Origin: Lama glama
Taxonomy: Eukaryota
Reading direction: 5' to 3'
Assembly (NCBI GenBank): GCA_028534125.1
Contig: CM052817.1
Span: 54,934,001 to 54,998,000, forward strand
Length of the DNA stretch: 64,000 nucleotides
Part shown: piece after piece, positions 11,810-21,496 of the stretch
How positions within the stretch are numbered: the stretch's first letter is position 1
Layout of the letters: each line of letters starts with the position of its first letter
Notes under the pieces: generated by a model
Databases searched by the model: none
What the model was told of the DNA's origin: nothing
The model's input: only the letters and a program-made list of their open reading frames with translations
Position numbers and translations under genes: made by a program

Positions 11810-13271
11810 AGATGTGCTGACAAAGACAGACATATGGATCAACGGATCAGAATACAGAGCCCAGGAATAAACCCACACACCTATGGTCAATTCATCTTTG
11901 ACAAAGGAGGCAAAAATGTACAATGGAGAAAAGATGACCTGTTTGGCAAGTGGTGTTGATACAGCAGGACAGCTGCATGTAAATCAATGAAGTTAGAACA
12001 CTCCCTCACACCATACACAAAAATAAACTCAAAATGGCCTAATGACTTAAAGATAAGACAAGACACTATAAATCTAGAAGAAAACATAGGCAGAATATTT
12101 TCTGACATAAATCTTAGCGATGTTTTCCTAGGGCAGTCTACCCAGGCAATAGAAATAAAACCAAAAATAAACAAGTGGACCTAATTAAATTTATAAGCTT
12201 TTGCACAGAAAAGGAAACCATAAGCAAAGCAAAACAACCTATGGAATAGGAGAAAACACCTGCAAATGATGCAAGACAGGGGCTTAATTTCCAGAATATA
12301 TAAATAGTTCATACAGCTTAATAACAAAAAAAATCTGATCCAAAAACGTGCAGAAGACAAACAATTCTCCAGTGAAGACGTATGAATGGCCAATAGGCAC
12401 ATGAAAAAATACTCAATATTGCTAATTATCAGAGAAATGCAAATCAAAACAATGAGGTGTCACCTCACACCAATCAGAATGGCCAGCATTCATAAGCCCA
12501 CAAATGATAAATGCTGGAGAGGGTGTGGAGAAAAGGAACCCTCCCATACTGCTGGTTGGAATGTAGTTTGGTTCAGCCATTTCAGAAAATAGTATAGAGA
12601 TTTCTCAAAAAACTAAAAGTAGACTTACCATGTGATCCAGCAATCCCACTTCTGGGCATATATCTGGAGGGAACTCTAATTTGAAAAGAGAATTAGAGTT
12701 CATGCACCTTAAAATTAATAGCAGCACTATTTACAATAGCCAAGATATGGAAACAACCTAAATGTCCATTGACAGTCGACTGGATAAAGAAGTTGTGGTA
12801 TATTTATACAATGGAATAGTACTCAGCGAAAAAAAGTAAAATAATGACATTTGCAGCAACATGGATAGATTTCAAATATTGTCATTCTAAGTGAAGAAAG
12901 CCAGAAAGAGAAGGAAAATACCATGTGGTATCATTCATATGTGGAATCTTAAAAAAAAAAAGACACAAATGAACTTATTTACAAAACACAGACTCACAGA
13001 CACGGAAAATGAACTTATGGTTAAGAGGGGAAAGCGTGTGGGAAGGGCTAAATCAGGAGTTTGAGATTTGCAGACAGTAACTACTATATATAACATAGAT
13101 ATACAACAAATTTCTTCTGTATAGCACAGGGAACTATATTCAATATCTTGTAGTAACCTAAAGTGAAAAAGAATATGAAAACAAATAAATATATGTATAT
13201 GTATGACTGAAACATTATGCTGTACACCAGAAATTGACACACATTGTAAAGTGACTACACTTCAATAAAAA
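11810..13271 (+). mobile_element. Young 5'-truncated LINE-1 (ORF2 C-terminal part and 3'UTR)
   Basis: ORFs 11987-12184 and 12386-12592 are L1 ORF2. The 3'UTR closely matches the copies at 3010-3430 and 50975-51469 and ends cttcaataaaaa. No immediate TSD seen. Confidence 0.93.
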
Positions 13272-13759
13272 GTCTATCCCTTCTATTACTTAATAAAGCA
13301 AATGAAATGCCATTGTTAGAAATCTTCCTCTTTCTAATTTCTGTTCAAAATTTTTCTTTTATATAGTGACTGTAATCCATTTTTATGGACTCTCAAACAG
13401 AAAATTAAGTGCTTTCCCTTATTCCTCCAACAATTAAAAAAATCCTTTCCATATAAATCAGAACTTTTCTCTTTCAAAATACTCCAAAATTTCTAGGTTT
13501 AATTTACTTCTGTAGTGAGAAAAGTGGATTTTAAAAACTGCCAACAGTATGATTTTCTAAGCACTTTTTTTTCAATTCTGCAGATCCATTTACACTTTTT
13601 GTAGTATTGTATTTGGGTAGCATTTATGTCCAAGTACATTTATTCAACCCTTTATCCTTACAGAACATATCTACTGTCTGATGCAATAGGCTTTTCACAT
13701 ATTTTTTCCAGTTTATTGAGATGATTAACATATAACATGTGTAAGTAACTTTCAAGTAT

Positions 13760-13960
13760 AGGCCTCCGTATCTGTGGGTTCTGCATCAGTGGATTCAACC
13801 AACTGCTGATCAAATAATATTTTCACCTGTAGTTGACTGAATCTGCAGATGTGGAACCAATGGATACTGAGGGCTGATTGCAAGGGACTTGAGCATCCTT
13901 GGATTTTGGTATCCACAGAAGGACCTGTAAACAATCCCCTGCAGATACTGAGGGACACTG
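13760..13960 (-). mobile_element. MER2-family TcMar-Tigger MITE
   Basis: 'agggacttgagcatccttggattttggtatcc...cccctgcagatactgagggacactg' plus TA; inverted termini ggcctccgtatctgtggg / cagatactgaggg. Confidence 0.88.
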
Positions 13961-14139
13961 TATATATTACAATATTGCAAACTATAGGCAGTAGAAGAAA
14001 AAGAAAGAGTCTGGTTAAAAAGTTGGCAAAGAACCTGAAGAGATTTTTTTCCCAAAGACCTACAAATGGCAATAGCTATGTGAAAAGCTGCTGAACATCA
14101 TTAATCATCAGGGGAATGCAAATAAAAACCACAATGAGA

Positions 14140-14496
14140 GAATGTATCGATTTACCAATGGTATAAATGAACTTATTTATAAAACAGAAACAGACTCACA
14201 GACACAGAAAACAAACTTATGGTTACCGAAGAGTAAAGCAAGGGGTGGGGAAGGGATAAATTAGGAGTTTGGGATTAACATATACACATTACTATATATA
14301 AAATAGATAAACAACAAGACCTACTTATAGCACAGGGAACTATATTCAGTATCTTTTAATAATCTATAATGAAAACGAATCTGAAAAAGAATATATATAT
14401 ATATATGTATAACTGAATCACTTTGTCATACACCTGACTCTAACACAACATTGTAAATTAACTGCACTTCAATTTTAAAAATGGTTAAAATTAAAA
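14140..14496 (+). mobile_element. Cetartiodactyl-type LINE-1 3'UTR fragment nested in the older L1
   Basis: L1 3'UTR with an internal (TA)n. TSD aaaaccacaatg (14125-14136) / aaacccacaatg (14497-14508). The host ORF2 resumes after it. Confidence 0.88.
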
Positions 14497-15399
14497 AAAC
14501 CCACAATGCAATATCACCTCACATCTATTATCAAAAAGATAAGAGGTAACAAGTGTCCTTGTGGATGTGGACAAAAGGGAACTCTTGTGCACTGTTGGTG
14601 AAAATGTAATTGGTGCATCTACAAGGGAAAACAGTATGAGGTGCCTCAAAAATTAAAAATAGAATTACCATATAATCCAGCAATCCTACTCCTGGGTATA
14701 CACCCAAACTTAATCAAATCAGGGTCTTGAAGAGATATCTGCACTCCCGTGTTCACTGCAGCATTATTCACAATAGCCAGGATATTGAAAAAACTGAGTG
14801 TCTCTTTAAAGATGAATGGGCATGGGCGTGTGCACACACACAATGGAGTATTATTCAGCCACAAGATAGAAGGAAGTCTCGCCATTTGCTACAAAAATGG
14901 ATGAACCTTGAGGGGTTTGTACAAAGTGAGATAAGGTAGACTGAGAAAGGCTAATGTTGTATAATCTCATTTACATGTGGAAACCAAAAAAAAGCCAAAC
15001 TCACAGGAATAGTAAAATGGTGGTTGCCAAAAGGTGGTGGCAGTAACAGGGAGATGTTGGTTGACGGGTACAAACTTCCTGCTATAAGATGAATAAATTC
15101 TGGGGATCCAATGAACCACATAGCCTGGACACTACATTAGGCTTTTACTCACATTTTGCTCTATTCTAGATTTGGTTGAAATTCCTTTTCAATACTCAAA
15201 CTGTCTTAACTGAAGAAACGGCATCATATCCTTAAAGAAATTTTCTTTTCCATCTCTTCTTGATGATATACAAATTTAGAACCCTGATATCTTTTCATCC
15301 TGACTCCTGACACTTTATAAAATGTCAAATAAAATTTTCACATATTCTAAACAACGATCACATATGGTAAAACTACTCTGGGCTAAAGCTATAATCATG

Positions 15400-16160
15400 C
15401 ATCAATTCATTTACTCTGAAAGGACTGTTTGGAGAGCCTCACAGATACCAGGTGCTGTGGCAGATGCTCTGGATACAAAGGCAAGTAAATATGGTGTCTG
15501 TTCTCAAGGAGCTCCCAGTGTATTTGGGAGAACCCTGTCTTTCATTCACTACTATTTATTAAGCACTTAATTATTAGATGCCAGCCACTGTTGTAGGTGC
15601 TTAGAGAAAAACGGTGACAAAAGAGGCAAATATTCCTGCCCCTATGGGACTTATTTTTTGGTGGGTAGAGCGGTAGACAAACAGGGAACAAAAACAATAA
15701 TAAGTAAAGTGTGCAGTTTATTACATGGTAAAAAGTGCTGTAGAAAAACTGTAATAGATTAAAGGGCATTAGAATATGGGGAGGAGTAAGAGCCAGTGCA
15801 CAGTATTAATCAGGCTAGTCAGGAAATCCACACTGAGCAGGTCAAGGCTTTGGAAAGACTTGAAGGAAGTAAGGGTGTTAACCAAGCTGATATCTTGAGA
15901 AAGAGTTCTAAGCAGAGGGAACTGCTAGAAAAAAGGTTGAGATAGACCAGGCCAAACTCTTGCTATGTGTTTAATGCAAGAAGCCAGTGTCAACGGATTA
16001 GTTTGAACAAAGGAGAGAGAAGTAGGAGATGAGGTCAGAATGGTAACAAGGGACGGGTGCTACAGATTATTTTAAGGACTCTGGCTTTCATTATGAGTGA
16101 GGTATTTTGAGCAGAGGAGGAATATACTAGGATTTATGTTCTGAAAGCAACAATCTGGAT
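15400..16160 (-). mobile_element. L2 LINE 3' fragments (two ends)
   Basis: 'ttcattcactactatttattaagcac...tgccagccactgttgtaggtgct' and the following purine-rich L2 body. Confidence 0.75.
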
Positions 16161-17259
16161 GTGCATGCAAAATACAAGAAAACATGCAAATAAAGATACG
16201 TATAGCACAACATTATAATTGTTATAATGGTACACAGCAGAGAGGTAACTCAAGGGAAGGGGCAGTGTGTCTGTCTCTTCACAGGGGTTAGAGAATCCCC
16301 TTTAGTCACCTGACACAATGATAATGACTTTTTCAAAACCACTTTTCTCCTGTGAAGTCCATAAAGGCAGGACCTTGTCTATCTTGCTCTCCACAATAGC
16401 CTGAGTGCCTTGCACATCAGCTGTCACATATAAATTAGTTTTTGAAGTATGAGGAGAGTAGGAATTCTTCGGGAGTTGAAGCAGTGGCTTTCCAGACAGA
16501 GGAAACGACATGCTGGCAGGCTCTGGACGGCACTGGACTCACGACCTTTATTTACTGTAACCGACTCCTTTTTCAACTCTAGGTATGAGACAGTCTTCTC
16601 TTAGTCAATTAAAGTTTATACATTTTTTTCTCCTAAATTGCACAAAGCACTTTAAGTGAAATTAAGGCTCTATTTCCTATGCGTTTTCCCAGCTCTTCTC
16701 AGGCTATGCCTCCCTGAGGGGACTCAACTGCTCCCATTTCAAATACTGTTCCTACGCTGATGCCGTAAATCTGTCTCTAGCTCCCACTCCGTCCTGAGCT
16801 CCAGGCCCACAGATACAACCAAATCCTAAATAGTGTCACTTAACTTTCCCACAGATCTTTCAAACTTAACCTGCCTCCCTGACCTGTTTTGTTCTCTATT
16901 TAATTGAATGACACTAAGAACCATCCAGTTTATTAAAAACCTAAGTTTCAGCTCAAACCCTTCCTCCTCTTTGCTCTGCGCTTTCAATCACCAAATCTCC
17001 TGTATTCTAGTCCTAACTTGATGGTGAACTTGTCACTTCTTTCTACCCCTACTGCCAACTTTCTCTCAGCCCACCATCAACTCAGGGCAAGAGTACCTTA
17101 CCAGCCTAGCTTTTTTTTTTTTTCCTGTCTCTGATTTCAACTTCCTCCCCACTGCCACCAGGATGATTTTTATAAAATGCAAATCTGCTCTTGGCATTCC
17201 CTTTCAGAATGCATTTTATCGCTTTCTGAATAAGAATTTCTCAATTGACTACACAATAT

Positions 17260-17618
17260 TCATTTTCTAGGTCTTCCTTCAAAACAGAACCACAATTGTA
17301 TTCAGGATAGCTCCTTCAAGAGTATAGGCTCAGAAAGGACGTGTATACTTTTGCCATTCTTCCTTTTTGTGCCTGGAAGTTGGCTATGATGTTGGAACTT
17401 CAGCAGCTATTTTGGACTATGAGGCTATGAGGATAGAAGTCATGTAGTAAAGATTGTGGAGGGGCTACAAAAAGAGAAGCTGAATCCCTGAGGTCTATGG
17501 AATAGTCACCCTAGTCCTGGCCTGCTTACCTTCGCACTTTTATGTGAGAGAAACAAAGCTTTATCTTATTTATTCACATACTTGATTTTTTATTATATGC
17601 AGCCAAATATAATCCCAA
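17260..17618 (+). mobile_element. ERVL-class LTR (LTR16/LTR33-like)
   Basis: 'tgcctggaagttggctatgatgttggaacttcagcagctattttggactatgagg' core and 'atgcagccaaatataatcc' end. Confidence 0.6.
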
Positions 17619-17622
17619 TTGT

Positions 17623-17786
17623 AGTATAAGCTATATAATTTGTAGGGAAGAGTACAAATGAAAATGCAGAGCATCTTGTTAAAAAATTACTAAGACTTTC
17701 AAGATGGCATTAAAACCAAGCATAGGCCCCCTTTAAGGCCACATCCTGTGAGACTCTTAAGTCTAAAATCAATGAAATCAGATCTG
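17623..17786 (-). mobile_element. MER45A (hAT-Tip100) DNA transposon
   Basis: 'gctatataatttgtaggg...aaatgaaaatgc...ttgttaaaaaattactaagactttcaagatggc...aaaccaagc' follows the reverse complement of MER45A as recalled. Confidence 0.75.
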
Positions 17787-19080
17787 TTTGATTGAACCAA
17801 AAGAGCAATAGTCTCTCAAAGTCCTAAGCATGCTTTACTAGACCCTTTGTAATCTGACGTCACCTGCCTTTACAGATTCTTCTCTCACTTGCAAGCTATG
17901 ATGCAATCACAATGGACTATTATGAGTATTCTTGCATGCCTGGGATATGCCTATTAAAACAACCTCACAGTCTGTTCCTCATCTAACATCTATTCACCTT
18001 GGATCGTCGACTTTGAGGTCACTACTTTGGGGGAGATTTTTCTATCTTTCCAAGCCTAGCATAGATGTCCCTGACATGAACTTGCATTGAACTTTATACT
18101 TCCTCTAATTTACGCCCTCATAAAATATGTCATTATTAATTATTCTATGTCCAACTACACTTTAATTTTTGTGAATGAAGTATGTTCCCCTTGCTCAACC
18201 TCATATTCTTCATACCTAACACAGAATATAAAACATATAAGCTGCTCAAATATTTACTGCTGGATGTTGAATGAAAGACACATTTGAAGAAGGGAAAGAT
18301 TCTGAATTTTACTTCTATTTCTAAGAAATTATTCTCCACTTCTTGAACAGGCAAACCTAAATTCTGAGAGTAAAATAGTAAAGCAGACTGATAAAAATTG
18401 TTAGCCTTTCAAAGGTAGACTGTCCAATGTCAGGACTATAGTAAATATTCAAAATTTAATGGGACAAAAAAGACACTGTCTATTCCCAGTTGTAGTACTC
18501 AGCATGCAAAGTGTCAGAGCTCTTGTGACACTGAGCATCTAAAGTAAAGAACCTGAATTAATAATTTTTAAATGTGGTGTATAATTAAAAACAATGTCCA
18601 CAGACCTCTTACATAAGTCCCGTATTCATTTAAGAAACATTTTCAGTCCATACAAGTCTTTTGTGTTTAAACACACGGCAGACTTCACAAAGTCAGGAAG
18701 TATCTTGTGGAAAGTGTAAAGGCCAGTGTGACCCTCACAGACAAGTCACAAGAATTAGCGATTATAGATCCAAAGGAAATGAACGTAGCTGGCCAATGCC
18801 TTACCTTCTTAAAACGTGCAGAAACAGGCATCTTTTGTCTCGGTATGTATGATTATCACTTTATGACCTTAAAATGAGCATTTTAATGATATAAAACAAT
18901 AGATAACCTCTCACTGAATTTATTACATCTATCAAAAGAGTTGGTTCAAGTTAGAAAACACAAGATTCTTTTCTGTCATTTAAACATCATACATAGACAT
19001 CTGACTGCTTGGAATTCATAATAAAATTTCAAATCATTTCACAATGACTTCTGAAAGTATGTTTTTGGTTAACTATAGAG

Positions 19081-19144
19081 TGAGTGTGCATACATGTGCA
19101 TCTGTGGTATGTGTATGTGTGTGTGTATATGTGCACACACGTGT
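19081..19144. repeat. Degenerate (TG)n-rich microsatellite
   Basis: tgagtgtgcatacatgtgcatctgtggtatgtgtatgtgtgtgtgtatatgtgcacacacgtgt. Confidence 0.8.
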
Positions 19145-19629
19145 TTTGGTTACATATGATTTTAGGTTGGTTTGAAATACAGAAGTCATTTTAAATTTTT
19201 AAATTGGTTTCCATTAACTTACTTCCTTTGAGTCTGATTTATCTTTCACTTGTCAAGCTTAATTGCTTTCTCTCTCTCTCCCCTAATAGGTTTTACTTCT
19301 ATTTTTAATGACCCATTTACCTTCTTCCTCTTCAGTATTTTCCTCCATTTGTTCCTTTAGATGTTTTACCCAACACTCTACTTTTCATCATTGAGAATTC
19401 AGGAAAATGCATTTCTCTGGAGGTACATGCCCCACCTGGCTCCTTTGTTGCTCAAGCCCCCTCTTCTGATTCCTTTCTTATCCTTTGTTTGTGCCTTCCT
19501 AGCCTGTTTTTCATTCCCTTTTCCTCAACTTCTGTTTGAAATCCCCATGAGGTTTGATCTTTCTCATTTTCTGCCCCCAGCCCCATCCTACTCCTTTTTT
19601 CTCTTGAACAGCAAGGCTGGGTCACATAA

Positions 19630-19810
19630 GGAGAAGGTTCTGAGCCTGGGATTCAGAGAGTGCTAGCTTTAAAGTGGGCTTGTTTCTTGCTGCCTGTGTA
19701 GTCTTGGGTTAGTGTTTGGTCCTGAGTCCCAGTTTCCACCTCAGTGAAACTGAGATCCTGGAAGCCATTTTGTGAGACTGTTGCCAGGATGAGAGACAAC
19801 AAAGAGCAAG
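19630..19810 (+). mobile_element. MIR SINE remnant
   Basis: 'tgtgtagtcttgggttagtg...tcctgagtcccagtttccacctcagtgaaactgaga' resembles the MIR core. Confidence 0.55.
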
Positions 19811-20289
19811 ACTTGCTGCCTTACTCCACATCAGAGCGCCCCCTTCTCATTTTCATCCTTGCGCTGCCCCAGTTGGGTTACCACATTCATTAAAGCAGAC
19901 ATTAGTTTTGCTGATTCATTTCCCCTTTCAATCCAGACCTTTGAAACTGCACTGCTGAGCTTGCTTCCATTTTAACTTGACATGTCTTTGGGGAAGTTTT
20001 TACAGAAAGGATTAATCTGAAGGTTACCTTTAATCATTTCTTCATTAAAAATCCACTAATACGTACTTGTCCTCTATACAGAAAATGTTTTGTCTGACAA
20101 CCCTTATGTTTTTGTCTGCTAATAATCAGCTATGACCCCTTTCTGTTCTAAAGCTACGTATGTAATTAGAAGAACAGTCATTTTTTTGAAATAGTATATT
20201 ACCTTTTTAATGCACACTACAAACTAGAGATAAACTTTTTTCTGAAACTATGATGACGTTATTTTTGTAACTAATTCCCAGTGTTTATA

Positions 20290-20810
20290 TGACTATGCAT
20301 ATTATTGGGGATATTCTGTTATTTTAGGACTGGGTTCTTAATGTGAGTAATTTGAAAATGGAAATACCCAGAATAAAATTCAGGGACCTGCCCACCAAGT
20401 AAAGTTTCTTGGGGCTATGTGAGAAGATTCACAATTCACTCAACTTCTGTGTTAGCAAAACAGACTATTGTCCCTTCAGGTCCCCTTGACCAAAAAGGAA
20501 GCCCTGGACCTTGGATTCATGAGTATTGGACACAGTACCTGTCCCACTGAGGCATGTTCCTTGGTTCCTTATGTGGACTAATATGCCTGCAGTATCTTCT
20601 GATTGGAGCTCAAACCAGCTGGCTTCAGGAGAAACAGTCCATCAAGATGTGGCAAGATATTCACCATTGAAGCCACACAACTCAAGTGACTTCTTGAAAG
20701 TACAAGTATCTTTGATGCTTTTTTCCATTTGGAGCCTTTGGAAAGATAGACATACTCAAACTGGAGATAAACTTTAGGATTTGGATTATCTTCCCCACAA
20801 ATATTCTTTC
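20290..20810 (+). mobile_element. ERVL-class endogenous retrovirus pol fossil (RT C-terminus and tether)
   Basis: Translations NKIQGPAHQVKFLGAM* (from 20372), LLSLQVPLTKKEA, YWTQYLSH*G, and ORF 20526-20777 (SDWSSNQ...SPLKPHNSSDFLKVQVS...WSLWK) are colinear with ERVL Pol as recalled (KIQGP..VKFLGVQW; PTTKKEAQ; FWRQHIPHLG; PLGPYDPADPMVLEVS..WSLWQ). Stops and frameshifts present. Confidence 0.85.
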
Positions 20811-20854
20811 CCACTGATATGCTTTTTTGGGGGGCGGGGGAGTTATTAGCCTGC

Positions 20855-21080
20855 ATGTCAGTTTCTGGTGAGAGCCCTCTTCTAAGATTTCAGATGGCTG
20901 CTTTCTTCTGTACCTTCACAGGGGAGAAAGAAGAGAGAGTGAATTCTCTAGTGTCTGTTCTTAAAAGGCCACTAATCCCAGCATGAGGGTCCCACCCTCA
21001 TGACCTCATCTCACCATCACCTTGAGAGCTGGAGCTTCAAAATATGAATTTGCAGGGAGATAAACATTCAGTTCATAACA
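20855..21080 (-). mobile_element. MaLR LTR (MLT1A-like), partial
   Basis: 'ggtgagagccctcttc...cactaatcccagcatgagggtcccaccctcatgacctcatct...aaacattcagttcataaca'. Confidence 0.85.
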
Positions 21081-21172
21081 GCCTGCTACTGTGTTTCATC
21101 AAAACTGAACACCTGGCCCAATACTGTTAGTGGAGTAGAAAATGGGACCAAACTGACTGCTCTCAAGTAATT

Positions 21173-21496
21173 TGCTATGGACCAAATGTTTATTTCACCC
21201 TCAAATTCAGGTACTGAAATCTTAATGCCCGAAGTGATGGTATTAGGAATGGGAGGTCATTAGGTCATGAAGGCAGAGCCTTAGAGCTCTTATGAAAGAA
21301 ACCCCACGGAGCTCCCTGGCCCCTCCTGCCATGTGAAGATACAATAAGAAAACTGCCACCTGGAAGGGGGTCTTCACTTAAACATGCTGGCACCCTGATC
21401 TCAGACTTGCAAACTCTGGAACTGTGAGAAGTAAATTTCTGTTGTTTATACCCAGTCTGTGGTATTTTGTAATAGCAGCATAAATGAACTAAGACA
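21173..21496 (+). mobile_element. MaLR solo LTR (MLT1A-like)
   Basis: tgctatgg...aactaagaca termini; 'tgctggcaccctgatctcagacttgc...gaactgtgagaagtaaatttctgttgttta'. Confidence 0.88.

Larger units (their letters stand above)
13701..15125 (-). mobile_element. Older LINE-1 (L1MA-like) with inverted 5' part; host to two nested elements
   Basis: Antisense 3' terminus at 13701-13990. Sense ORF2 end and 3'UTR at ~14000-15125 stops where the antisense piece begins. Degenerate TSD taggcttttcacat (13687-13700) / taggcttttactcacat (15138-15154). Confidence 0.8.
16340..18280 (+). mobile_element. L2 LINE fragments interrupted by an ERVL LTR and MER45A
   Basis: Pyrimidine-rich L2 body ('ccactgccaccaggatgatttttataaaatgcaaatctg') and 3' end 'tgctcaaatatttactgctggatgttgaatgaa'. 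Confidence 0.65.

Noticed and set aside
2194..12447. Recurrent minus-strand ORFs beginning M(T/I)CISL..SD.EHFFM as a gene family
   Set aside because: These are antisense readings of the L1 ORF2 3' region in three L1 copies.
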